A DNA stretch of 64,000 nt from Firmicutes bacterium ADurb.Bin182. GTDB taxonomy: Bacteria > Bacillota > Clostridia > Christensenellales > CAG-138. Shown here one piece after another: positions 38,486 to 47,408 of the stretch (its first letter is position 1; every line of letters begins with the position of its first letter). The stretch lies in the NCBI GenBank assembly GCA_002070205.1, contig MWCU01000032.1:15123-79122 (forward strand), written 5' to 3'. The translations under genes were made by a program, and so were the position numbers. Under the pieces are notes generated by a model that saw only the letters and a list, made by a program, of their open reading frames with translations, did no database searches and had not been told where the DNA came from.

Positions 38486-38528
38486 TCCTTTTCGCGTTAT
38501 TTCGGTACAAAGGACATGAGGTCCGCTT

Positions 38529-39407
38529 CTACCGCGTCTTTCTCCACGTGGAATTTTTATACCCGTCGGAATTATAATAATCCTCCACATCGTCACGGTA
38601 ACCGGGCAGGCGCTTCAATACGCCTTCCAAATTGATGTTGAATTCTTCTCCGCTTATGTTGATTATGACTTTGCGCTGCGCGTTCGATTCCGCGGAATCG
38701 GGCTCAACGTTGATGACATAGTTCACGTCCAGCAGGTCTCCGGCCGAGGCGTCCGAATAATCGAGCCGTTCGCCCTGCGCTCCTTGAGCATGGGCTTCAA
38801 GGTATACGTTTTTTGAAACCGCGACAAAACTGCCTTTGGCAACCGGATAATCCTGCGCAAGAGGCAGCGGCTCTCCGTTTTCATCTTTGATGGTATAGTC
38901 CACCCAGGCTTTGTCATCCGTCGTATTCAGGTAAATTCCGAGCGTATCGCAAAGCACCTCGCCGCCTGCCCCGAAGTCGACGGAGGCCGGAGCGTCGCCT
39001 ATCATCTGCTGAATGAAATCATCCGCATCCATTGTAACGTTCATCCAGAAAACGCCCTGGTAATCTCCCGCCGTTACCCTGTTATCGTTTTGATCGATTT
39101 TATGAAGATAAATTTCGCACTCATAGTTTCTATAATATCCCGGCGCAAGCTCTTGCTTATACGTTCCGGACGCTTCTATTACAAAAATGCTCGGATCGTA
39201 CAGGTTGCTTTTATAGGGCGTGGGTTCGGGAGGTTGCGTCTCGTTATCCCCGGACTCTTCACCGCCGTTAAATCCGCCCGGCAAAATCACGGGCTCGGCA
39301 GTCGGGGTAGGGGAAGCGCCAATTAAAGTATTCTCCGCAGGCGCTCCGCTGCAGGCGCCAAGCAAAAGCATCACGCACAAAATGACCGAAATTATAACCT
39401 TTTTCAT
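38529..39407 (-). CDS. Hypothetical lipoprotein
   Basis: Signal peptide plus lipobox LLLGAC. 292 aa. Confidence 0.5.
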   Translation of the reverse strand: MKKVIISVILCVMLLLGACSGAPAENTLIGASPTPTAEPVILPGGFNGGEESGDNETQPPEPTPYKSNLYDPSIFVIEASGTYKQELAPGYYRNYECEIYLHKIDQNDNRVTAGDYQGVFWMNVTMDADDFIQQMIGDAPASVDFGAGGEVLCDTLGIYLNTTDDKAWVDYTIKDENGEPLPLAQDYPVAKGSFVAVSKNVYLEAHAQGAQGERLDYSDASAGDLLDVNYVINVEPDSAESNAQRKVIINISGEEFNINLEGVLKRLPGYRDDVEDYYNSDGYKNSTWRKTR

Positions 39408-39562
39408 GACTTCTCTCCGTTTCTTTATTGGATTGGTATTAGAGGATTTATTTTCCCGCTAAACTATCATATTTGAGCTCAGGCGCAATGTCAATCGCGG
39501 AAGGTGAGCGCGATCGACAAAATGCCGCGGGGTTCGGCTTCCTGCTGCGGAGTTTCTCCGCG

Positions 39563-39590
39563 CGTAAAATCCGGCGTCACCGCCGGATTT
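39563..39590 (-). terminator. Intrinsic terminator downstream of spo0J
   Basis: AAATCCGGCG-tcac-CGCCGGATTT, followed by a T-run on the minus strand. Confidence 0.6.
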
Positions 39591-39609
39591 ATTCAACTCT
39601 TTTTTTAAA

Positions 39610-40467
39610 TCAACTGCCGCTTATGACATCATAAATCCTGAGTAAATCTTCACCGGAATAGTATTCTATCACGATCTTGCCTTTTTTCTCATTGCCCTGA
39701 ATGCTTACGCGGGTGCCGAACCTTTCCCGAAAATGCTCCTGCACGTCAAGCAGCTCGGGCTGCAGGCCGGGTTTGAGCTTCTCTTTTTTTTCCGTCTGCC
39801 GCTCGTTTATCCGCCGGACCAATGCCTCCAGCTCCCTGACCGATAAAGACTTTTTTATCGCCTCCGAAGCAAGCTTTAATTGAGATTCCTCATCCTTGAC
39901 TGAAACTATAGCTCTCGCCTGACCCGCGGAAAGCTTGCCTTCGCGGACCATCTTCTGAACGGGACCCGCAAGAGATAAAAGACGCAGCGCGTTTGCAATA
40001 GCGGGCCGGCTTTTGCCGAGCCTGTCCGACATCTCCTCCTGCGTTATGTCGTATTCCTTTATAAGCGCCCGGATAGCCAATGCTTCTTCCATCGGGTTCA
40101 AATCCTCGCGCTGTATGTTCTCAATCAAAGCGACCTCGTTGATGCGCTCTTCATCGATGTCCTTCAATACCACCGGGACCTTGCTCAATCCCGCCATCCG
40201 GGCCGCGCGGTAGCGGCGCTCCCCGGCAATTATCGAGTATCTCGCGCCGTTTTGCCTTACGACTATGGGCTGAATGATTCCGTGCTGCTTGATCGATTCC
40301 GCAAGCTCCTGGAGTTTTTCTTCGTCAAAATCCAATCTCGGCTGATTCAGATTCGTATCCAAAAGCAGTATATCCGCTTCGTATACGCCGGCTTGCGTTT
40401 CAGGTGAGGCGGAATAATCTCCTATCAAGGCGTCCAGCCCTTTCCCCAGACCCTTTTTAACTTGCAT
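39610..40467 (-). CDS. spo0J: Chromosome partitioning protein ParB/Spo0J
   Basis: KGLGKGLDALI N-terminus, the ParB box GERRYRAA, and an HTH region. Confidence 0.9.
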   Translation of the reverse strand: MQVKKGLGKGLDALIGDYSASPETQAGVYEADILLLDTNLNQPRLDFDEEKLQELAESIKQHGIIQPIVVRQNGARYSIIAGERRYRAARMAGLSKVPVVLKDIDEERINEVALIENIQREDLNPMEEALAIRALIKEYDITQEEMSDRLGKSRPAIANALRLLSLAGPVQKMVREGKLSAGQARAIVSVKDEESQLKLASEAIKKSLSVRELEALVRRINERQTEKKEKLKPGLQPELLDVQEHFRERFGTRVSIQGNEKKGKIVIEYYSGEDLLRIYDVISGS

Positions 40468-41233
40468 TTGTTTCTTCCTTCCTGATCAGTTCCCCGGCAA
40501 GCTCGACATATGCAAGAGCCCCCGCCGATTTTGCATCGTATAGCGTGATTGGAAGCCCGAAGCTGGGCGCTTCACCCAAACGGACGCTCCTCGGAATGAT
40601 CGTGTTATAAACCTTATGCTTAAAATACTTCTTGACCTCCGCAACGACCTGCGTCGAGAGGTTTGTCCTTGCATCGAACATAGTCAGAACCACGCCCTCC
40701 ACGCTCAGCTGAGTATTAAGCCGCCTTTGCACCAGATGAACGGTATCCATCAGCTGGCTGAGCCCCTCCAGAGCGTAATATTCGCATTGAATGGGAACAA
40801 GCAGCGTATCCGCGCAGGTGAGCGCGTTGATGGTCAAAAGGCCGAGGGACGGAGGACAATCTATAAAAATATAATCATATTCGCTTTTTATTGAGCTTAA
40901 AGCGTTTTTTAAGACATGCTCGCGGGCAATCTCAGATACAAGCTCCACTTCCGCGCCCGCCAAATCGATTTTGGAGCATATACAGTATAATCCCGGCACT
41001 TTCGTTTTCAGCACCGCATCTTTTGCGTCGATATGATTTATCAATACGTCATAAACCGAGTATTCGGCGGTTTCCTTATCCAAACCGAGTCCGCTGGTGC
41101 AGTTTCCCTGCGGATCAAAATCAACGGTAAGAACCTTTTTCCCGGCCTGTGCCGCACAGGCGCTGAGGTTAACGGTTGTGGTCGTTTTTCCTACACCGCC
41201 CTTCTGGTTTGCGATCGCGATGATTTTAGCCAC
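40457..41233 (-). CDS. soj: Chromosome partitioning ATPase ParA/Soj
   Basis: Deviant Walker A IAIANQKGGVGKTTT. The GTG at 41233, preceded by GGAGGAAG, is preferred over 41266. Confidence 0.9.
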   Translation of the reverse strand: MAKIIAIANQKGGVGKTTTTVNLSACAAQAGKKVLTVDFDPQGNCTSGLGLDKETAEYSVYDVLINHIDAKDAVLKTKVPGLYCICSKIDLAGAEVELVSEIAREHVLKNALSSIKSEYDYIFIDCPPSLGLLTINALTCADTLLVPIQCEYYALEGLSQLMDTVHLVQRRLNTQLSVEGVVLTMFDARTNLSTQVVAEVKKYFKHKVYNTIIPRSVRLGEAPSFGLPITLYDAKSAGALAYVELAGELIRKEETNAS

Positions 41234-41299
41234 GGATACTTCCTCCAACAACTTTATCTTTTTCAATTATACGGTAAATTCAAAGTTTTAACAATGGAA

Positions 41300-41521
41300 A
41301 ATAAGTAATCAGCAATAAGTTGTGAGTAATAAGTTAAGGAAAATCCGCTTGAAGCGGATTTACTGATTAAACAATACGCAATAATATTACTCTATATAAT
41401 GTTTCACGTGAAACATATCGCAAGGCCGGTAATTAGTTGTAAGTCCATTCTTAAATCAGCAAATCCGCATCAGCAGATTTTACATAAACTGTCAACTTAT
41501 TACTCATAACTCAATACTGCC
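41300..41521. repeat. Two tandem copies of a sequence-diverged heptamer-array / hairpin element (copy C)
   Basis: NAGT/NAGC at 41303, 41310, 41317, 41324 and 41331 (7-nt register). Hairpin AAATCCGC-ttga-GCGGATTT at 41341-41360, then an inverted arm to about 41392. The second unit spans 41430-41521 with its hairpin at 41461-41480. The 18-mer GCAGATTTTACATAAACT (41473-41490) is identical to 61859-61876. Confidence 0.7.
41400..41415. promoter_or_regulatory. parS: parS centromere-like site
   Basis: Perfect palindrome TGTTTCACGTGAAACA, one mismatch from the Firmicute parS consensus TGTTCCACGTGAAACA (equivalent to TGTTNCACGTGAAACA). It lies 167 bp upstream of soj. Confidence 0.85.
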
Positions 41522-41526
41522 GCTAT

Positions 41527-41542
41527 TGTTTCACGTGAAACA
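41527..41542. promoter_or_regulatory. parS: parS centromere-like site (second copy)
   Basis: The identical 16-mer TGTTTCACGTGAAACA, 127 bp from the first. Confidence 0.85.
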
Positions 41543-41563
41543 ATATATATGAGCAATGAATGA

Positions 41564-43387
41564 TCAGCCTTCCGTTCTGGAAGCCTTTTTCAATCTCTGC
41601 TCCTTGGATAAGATCTTTTTTCGCATGCGAATGCTCTTGGGCGTGACCTCGACGAGTTCGTCGTCCGCGATGAACTCTAGGCACTGCTCGAGGCTCAGCT
41701 GCGCCGGCGGCGTCAGCCTCAGCGCTTCGTCGGATCCCGCAGCGCGCATGTTTGTGACATGCTTCTTTTTGCACACGTTGACAGTGATGTCCTCCGCTCT
41801 CGAGCATTCGCCCACGATCTGTCCCTCGTAAACGGGGATGCCGGGACCTACGAACAGCCTGCCGCGTTCCTGCGTGTTGAACAGGCCGTATCCCGTCGTT
41901 TCGCCTGTTTCGTGCGCCACAAGGCTTCCGCGGGTACGCTCGCCGATATCGCCTTTATAAGGCTCATAACCATGAAATACATGGCTCATCACTCCATTGC
42001 CGCGGGTATCCGTCAGAAGCTCGGAACGGTAACCCAAAAGCGAGCGGGCGGGGATGAGGAACCGAAGCCTTACGCCGCCGCTTACGTCGTTGTGCATATC
42101 GATAAGCTCCGCCTTGCGGTTTCCGAGTTTTTCGATTACGGTTCCCACATATTCCTGCGGAACGTCGACGGTAAGCTCCTCGACAGGTTCCAGCAGCTCT
42201 CCGTTTTCGCCGCTTCTCATAATGACCTTCGGTCTTGATACGGCGAATTCATACCCCTGTCTTCTCATGGTTTCAATCAAAATGGACAGGTGGAGCTCTC
42301 CGCGCCCGTTGACCTCAAAGGCGTCCGTTGAATCCGTTTCCTTGACCCGCATGGAGATATTGGTCAACACCTCCCTGAAAAGCCGTACGCGCAAATTGCG
42401 AGAGGTGACATATTTCCCTTCGCGTCCGGCAAAAGGGCTGTCGTTAACGATAAAAAGCATACTGACAGTGGGCTCGTCGATATGAACGAACGGCAGCGGC
42501 TCGATGCAGCAGGTATCGCACGCGGTCTGGCCTACGCTCAGACCTTCCACTCCGGCTACCGCTACGATCTCTCCGGCCGAAGCGGACTCGATCTCAATGC
42601 GCTTAAGCCCTTCGAAGCGGTAAATGCGGGTGAGCTTGACGTCATGCGGCTGTGCTCCTCCTCCGCATAAAGTCACGGCCATGCCGCGCTCAGCCTTTCC
42701 GCGCTCGATCCGTCCGATACCAATCCTGCCCACGTATTCATCATAATCGATTGTTGAAAAAAGAATCTGAAGCGGCGCCGACTCGTCCCCGGCCGGAGCG
42801 GGTATGGCGTTTATTATGGTTTGAAACAGCGGCCGCATGCTGCTTTCCAGCTCATCCGGCTCCATGCCCGCATATCCTTCGCGGCCGGATGCGTAAACGA
42901 CGGGAAAATCAAGCTGGTCCTCTGACGCGCCAAGCTCGATAAAAAGATCCAGCGTTTCGCTGACGACCTCAAAAGGCCTTGCTCCCGGCCTGTCCACCTT
43001 ATTGACCACGACGACAGGGACCTTGCGGAGTTCAAGGGCCTTCCTCAAAACAAAACGCGTCTGGGGCATACAACCCTCAAATGCGTCGACAAGCAAAAGA
43101 ACTCCGTCCACCATTTGAAGTATGCGCTCAACTTCGCCGCCGAAATCAGCGTGACCCGGCGTATCGACGATATTTATACGAACTCCGTTATAGTTTACCG
43201 CTGTATTTTTTGAAAGTATTGTGATTCCGCGCTCGCGTTCCAGCTCGTTTGAATCCATTACCCTTTCAACGACCTGCTCATTGGATCTGAATACGCCGCT
43301 TTGCCGCAGCAGCTGATCCACCAGCGTGGTTTTTCCGTGATCGACATGCGCTATTATTGCTATGTTTCTGATATTCTTATTCTGCAT
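41564..43387 (-). CDS. typA: Translational GTPase TypA/BipA
   Basis: IRNIAIIAHVDHGKTTLVD, DTPGHADF and NKVDR G-motifs. 607 aa. Confidence 0.9.
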   Translation of the reverse strand: MQNKNIRNIAIIAHVDHGKTTLVDQLLRQSGVFRSNEQVVERVMDSNELERERGITILSKNTAVNYNGVRINIVDTPGHADFGGEVERILQMVDGVLLLVDAFEGCMPQTRFVLRKALELRKVPVVVVNKVDRPGARPFEVVSETLDLFIELGASEDQLDFPVVYASGREGYAGMEPDELESSMRPLFQTIINAIPAPAGDESAPLQILFSTIDYDEYVGRIGIGRIERGKAERGMAVTLCGGGAQPHDVKLTRIYRFEGLKRIEIESASAGEIVAVAGVEGLSVGQTACDTCCIEPLPFVHIDEPTVSMLFIVNDSPFAGREGKYVTSRNLRVRLFREVLTNISMRVKETDSTDAFEVNGRGELHLSILIETMRRQGYEFAVSRPKVIMRSGENGELLEPVEELTVDVPQEYVGTVIEKLGNRKAELIDMHNDVSGGVRLRFLIPARSLLGYRSELLTDTRGNGVMSHVFHGYEPYKGDIGERTRGSLVAHETGETTGYGLFNTQERGRLFVGPGIPVYEGQIVGECSRAEDITVNVCKKKHVTNMRAAGSDEALRLTPPAQLSLEQCLEFIADDELVEVTPKSIRMRKKILSKEQRLKKASRTEG

Positions 43388-43501
43388 TCTGACCGTCCTG
43401 AACGTAAAATTTCACAACAAGCTATTATATGCTTATCATCGTCATTGCACAAGTAAAAATTCAAGGAAGCGGGCGACAAGAACGTTCCAGACATTTTGAA
43501 C

Positions 43502-43531
43502 TTGACTCTCCGATTGCAGATGGAGTATAAT
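43502..43531 (+). promoter_or_regulatory. Putative sigma-A promoter for the TPP riboswitch / thiT
   Basis: TTGACT (43502-43507), 18-nt spacer, TATAAT (43526-43531). Confidence 0.5.
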
Positions 43532-43548
43532 TTTCATCGGAAAGACAA

Positions 43549-43695
43549 CCCGCTGGGGGTGCCGAAAGGCTGAGAAATACACCCTTGGAACCTGTGAAGT
43601 TAGTACTTGCGTAGGGAAGCGGAAGCATGAAGGACCAATGTAATCAGCACATGTTTTCGTTTTCCCGTACCCCGAAGGGGTGCGGGTTTTCTTTT
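43549..43695 (+). promoter_or_regulatory. TPP (THI-box) riboswitch with a terminator expression platform
   Basis: CGCTGGGGGTGCC..GGCTGAGA..ACCCTTGGAACCTG..GCGTAGGGAAGCG matches the THI element core. It is followed by CCCGTACCCC-gaag-GGGTGCGGG and TTTTCTTTT (43664-43695). Confidence 0.85.
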
Positions 43696-43861
43696 GCAAA
43701 GGCGCTCTAAAGGTGTAAGCCCGATGACCGGGGTCCTGCGGGAAAACAAAAACCAAAAGCTTAAGAGGGGCCGAAATCGAAGAAACAGCGCTCCGATGCG
43801 GGAATGCCGCGCGAAGCCGGCTTTATCTGAGCTTTTAAATTAAAAATAAAAGGAGAAAAAA

Positions 43862-44515
43862 ATGGAATTTACGCTGATTTCCGAATTTAAAGATCTCGGA
43901 CTCCTTACATGGATCTGCCTCGGTACGGCGCTGATAATGACGGCCGTGCTCATATCCGTGCTCGCCCGGAGCAAGAAGGCGGGGGAGCCGCCCGATGAAA
44001 TCAAAAAAAGCGCGACGCGCGCACTCGTATACGGCGCGTTGTGCGTCGCGCTTTCCTTCCTGTTATCCTATATCAAACTGTTTTCGATGCCTCAGGGCGG
44101 TTCCATTACCCTCGCAAGCGTACTGCCTCTGGCACTTTACGCATACCGGTTCGGGCCGAAATACGGAATAATAGCGGGCATGGCGGCGGGCGTGCTTCAA
44201 TTCATACAGCAGCCCGAAGTGTATCATCCCGTTCAGCCGTTTCTCGATTATGTCCTTGCCTTCGGATGCTTCGGCCTTGCCGGATATTTCAGAAGAAGCC
44301 TGCCTTTGGGGCTTATTGTGGGCGGCATAGGAAGGATCCTTTTTTCAACGCTTTCCGGCGGACTTTTCTTCTATATGTACGCGCCGGAAGGAATGAACCC
44401 GTGGATATATTCGGTGGCATATAATACCGTCGTGCTGGGTCCCGACGTGCTTTTATGCGCGTTCATCGCAGTTCTGCCGCCCGTAAAGAAGCTTATGGAT
44501 AACATAATGAAATAA
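43862..44515 (+). CDS. thiT: ThiT-family thiamine transporter (ECF S-component)
   Basis: Six-TM protein with IKLFSMPQGGSITLASVLPL. It lies downstream of the TPP riboswitch. Confidence 0.7.
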   Translation: MEFTLISEFKDLGLLTWICLGTALIMTAVLISVLARSKKAGEPPDEIKKSATRALVYGALCVALSFLLSYIKLFSMPQGGSITLASVLPLALYAYRFGPKYGIIAGMAAGVLQFIQQPEVYHPVQPFLDYVLAFGCFGLAGYFRRSLPLGLIVGGIGRILFSTLSGGLFFYMYAPEGMNPWIYSVAYNTVVLGPDVLLCAFIAVLPPVKKLMDNIMK

Positions 44516-44531
44516 TAAATCGCGATGGCGA

Positions 44532-44572
44532 AAGGACATTTCGGCAATCAGGAATGTCCTTGATTTTATTTT
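44532..44572 (+). terminator. Intrinsic terminator of thiT
   Basis: AAGGACATT, 12-nt loop, AATGTCCTT, then GATTTTATTTT. Confidence 0.7.
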
Positions 44573-44685
44573 CCGGGAAATTTTCGCTGTCGCAGTAATC
44601 GGCTGCCTGTATCAGCGTGTTTCCGATATGCGTTCAATATCTTCAAAATCAGCAATGAGTAAGCTGTTCTTTGATTGAAACCGAT

Positions 44686-45056
44686 GATTACTGACGACAT
44701 GCGCGTCAGTAATCATACCTTGCGCGGTCACTGCCCGAAAATTACCGCAGTAATTTTAAGTGACCGTGTAACATCCTTTGTTAATAAACGCTTTCAATTA
44801 TTTTTTACGACGTAAACGTCAATTAACTAAACTCGTGAACAATGCCACAGCATTGTTCACAAAAAGCAAAGCCGTTCCCCGCCGAGTTGTCGACGAGGCG
44901 GACGTACCAATAAAATTCAAAAAACGTGGCGACATGCGCGCCGCGTTTTATACCTTGCGCCAACATCTCCCGAAAATCACCGCAGTGATTTTAGATGTTG
45001 GCGTAAAAACTCGTCCAAAATTCGCTTACATGACCGCAGTCATGTGAGCGACAGCG
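44686..45056. repeat. Tandem pair of multi-hairpin units with conserved loops and linkers and covarying stems
   Basis: Unit A starts at about 44686 and unit B at about 44920. Both share loop ACATGCG, linker ATACCTTGCGC, core CCCGAAAATYACCGCAGTRATTTTA, and AAACTCGT followed by a third hairpin. Confidence 0.7.
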
Positions 45057-45062
45057 GAGCGC

Positions 45063-46382
45063 CTATTTGCCGACGCAGAACCTTTCAAATATCCTGTCCA
45101 AAACCTTTTCGTCGACGGTTTTCCCCGTGATCTGCCCTATATGATCAAGCGCAGTCTTGATATCCGTCGCTGCGCAGTCCGGTTCGTTCGTTAAAAGAGC
45201 GCTCTCGAGCGATTCATGAGCGGTCTTAAGTAACGCTATATGCCTTTTGTTCGTTACCAGCGGACTCTCCTCAGAGGGTGCAACCTTTTTCAGGATATTC
45301 CCTTTAAGCTCCTCGATCCCTTCGCCCGTTAACGAACTTACGGTGCAGACTTCTAGCCCCGTTAGAACACGCAATTCATTCTCGCTGATTTTCGGCTCAA
45401 GATCGCTTTTGCACAGCACCGCGATCCTTTCTTTGCCCCTTGTTTCATTCAGGAGCGACTCATCTTCAGTAGACCACTCGCCGGCCGAATCGAACGCGAG
45501 CAGCAGCAGGTCGGCGTTTTCCTTCGCCTCTTTCGCGCGCTGTATGCCGATGTTTTCCACAAGATCATCCGTTTCGCGAAGTCCCGCCGTATCCGCGATC
45601 CGAACTGGAACTCCGTTAAAGCTCGTCTGTTCTTCAATAATATCGCGCGTCGTTCCGGGCACAGGGGTGACAATAGCGCGCGAATGCCCGATGAGCGCGT
45701 TCATAAGGGACGATTTGCCCGTATTGGGACGGCCGAGTATTACAATACTCGCTCCCTCGCGAAGAACCGCCGCGTGCTTTGCGCCTTCGAGCAGCTTTGA
45801 GATTCCGAGGGCGGCTTCGTTTAAAGCTGCGGGCAATCCAGAGAACACATCTTCCTCGAGCTCATCGGGATAGTCTATTGCCGCGTCTATCCCCGACAGC
45901 GCATCTACAAGAATATCCTCAATGCGTGAAAGTTCTCTTGAAAGGGAACCTTCCAGTTGCATAACCGCCGCTTTCGCGCTTCTTTCGGCAGAAGCGCTTA
46001 TGACGTCCATAACGGCTTCCGCCTGCGCAAGGTCCATTTTTCCGTTAATGTATGCTCTGCGGGTGAACTCGCCCGGTTCCGCCGGACGAAGGCCCTTGCT
46101 CTGCAGAAGGTCAAGGGCTCTTGATACCACGGCAGCACCGCCGTGAGTATATAATTCCGCCATGTCTTCGCCGGTATAGGTTTTGGGCGAGGGGATGTAG
46201 ACCGCCATTATATCGTCAACGGTTTCGCCGCCGTCCAGAAGCTTTCCGTGCGATACGGTCCTCGGCTTGACATCGCCCGAAAAAACGCTCGTCAAAGTCT
46301 CAAGAGCTTCGTTTCCGCTTATCCTTATAACGGCAATCGCTCCTCCGGCGGGTGAGGAGAGCGCGAAAATCGTATCGTTCAT
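45063..46382 (-). CDS. mnmE: tRNA modification GTPase MnmE (TrmE)
   Basis: DTIFALSSPAGGAIAVIRISG, GRPNTGKSSL, and the C-terminal FCVGK. The ATG at 46382 was chosen. Confidence 0.9.
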   Translation of the reverse strand: MNDTIFALSSPAGGAIAVIRISGNEALETLTSVFSGDVKPRTVSHGKLLDGGETVDDIMAVYIPSPKTYTGEDMAELYTHGGAAVVSRALDLLQSKGLRPAEPGEFTRRAYINGKMDLAQAEAVMDVISASAERSAKAAVMQLEGSLSRELSRIEDILVDALSGIDAAIDYPDELEEDVFSGLPAALNEAALGISKLLEGAKHAAVLREGASIVILGRPNTGKSSLMNALIGHSRAIVTPVPGTTRDIIEEQTSFNGVPVRIADTAGLRETDDLVENIGIQRAKEAKENADLLLLAFDSAGEWSTEDESLLNETRGKERIAVLCKSDLEPKISENELRVLTGLEVCTVSSLTGEGIEELKGNILKKVAPSEESPLVTNKRHIALLKTAHESLESALLTNEPDCAATDIKTALDHIGQITGKTVDEKVLDRIFERFCVGK

Positions 46383-46482
46383 AATCCGCACCTTTTAGAT
46401 TTTAAAGTTATTATACCACAAAAGAGATCAAATCAGGATTCTCATAAAGCTCCGGAAAACCCGGTGCCGTCATAACTATAAT

Positions 46483-46522
46483 CGAAAAACGCTTCCGGTT
46501 TAATACCGAAAGCGTTGCTTTT
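46483..46522 (-). terminator. Intrinsic terminator downstream of jag
   Basis: An 11-bp stem with one mismatch, followed by T5 on the minus strand. Confidence 0.6.
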
Positions 46523-46568
46523 TGAACCTGCGCCCTAAGGATCACGGTCAAGCCTAATATCGCGTTGC

Positions 46569-47408
46569 TTAGACGCCGTTCTGTTTGGGGGAAATGACCA
46601 CCCTGCGGTTAGGCTCGGTCCCTTCCGAGCAGGTGGATACATAGGGATTGTTTTGCAGCGTCGCGTGCAGAACCCTGCGCTCATAAGGATTCATCGGCTC
46701 GAGAGCGCGCGGCCTGCCCGTCGCTTTTACCTGCGAAGCGATTTTTCTCGCAAGCCGCTGCAGGGTTTCTTCCCGCTTTAACCTGTAATTTTCGGTATCC
46801 AAAGTCACGCGTATAAAGCCGTCGTCCTTGCGGCCGCGGTTGACCGCAAGGGAAGTGAGATATTGCAGGGCATCCAGCGTTTCGCCCCTATGTCCTATCA
46901 GTATGCCCATTGTATCGCTGTCGATGCGCAGCCTTATATCGTTATCCTGCACGAAAGCGAGCACGCTGCATTTTATCTGCATTTTATCAAGCAGCTCTTT
47001 AAGAAAAAGCGCAGCCGGGTTATCTTTTGCGGCGTCAAGGCTGTAATCGAAAGACGGGCGGGGGGTGCGATCCGCATGCTGCTTTTCGCCGCGGGTCTTG
47101 CCGCCTCTGCTTTTGCCGTATCTTTCCCTTTGACGCTGACCTGCCCGCTCATCGCTTTTGCGGGCCGCGCCGCGCCTTAAATCGTTTTGTTCATCCTGTA
47201 TATCCGGTTTGATATCATCGAATAAAATCCGTTCCTCTTCACGCTCGGTAAGGCGCACCACGGCGGGCTTTGAACCGATTCCGAATACGCCTTTGGACTC
47301 GTGCTGAAGAATTTCTATCTCTACCTGATCGATAGATATTTCCATCTGCTGCAAGCCTTTGAAGATCGCTTCATCTATGGACTTGCCGGTAGCTTCAATC
47401 GTTCTCAT
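46569..47408 (-). CDS. jag: Jag/KhpB RNA-binding protein (Jag_N, KH, R3H)
   Basis: MRTIEATGKSIDEAIFKGL (Jag N-terminus) and a C-terminal R3H region (ERRVLHATL). Its position is conserved after yidC. Confidence 0.8.
   Translation of the reverse strand: MRTIEATGKSIDEAIFKGLQQMEISIDQVEIEILQHESKGVFGIGSKPAVVRLTEREEERILFDDIKPDIQDEQNDLRRGAARKSDERAGQRQRERYGKSRGGKTRGEKQHADRTPRPSFDYSLDAAKDNPAALFLKELLDKMQIKCSVLAFVQDNDIRLRIDSDTMGILIGHRGETLDALQYLTSLAVNRGRKDDGFIRVTLDTENYRLKREETLQRLARKIASQVKATGRPRALEPMNPYERRVLHATLQNNPYVSTCSEGTEPNRRVVISPKQNGV

Noticed and set aside
43442-43756. 104-aa minus-strand ORF
   Set aside because: It overlaps the TPP riboswitch and its terminator on the opposite strand. It has no RBS, and its composition is consistent with chance.
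44778-45047. 89-aa plus-strand ORF between thiT and mnmE
   Set aside because: It is made up of the hairpin-repeat units. It has no RBS, and the region is better explained as structured non-coding repeats.
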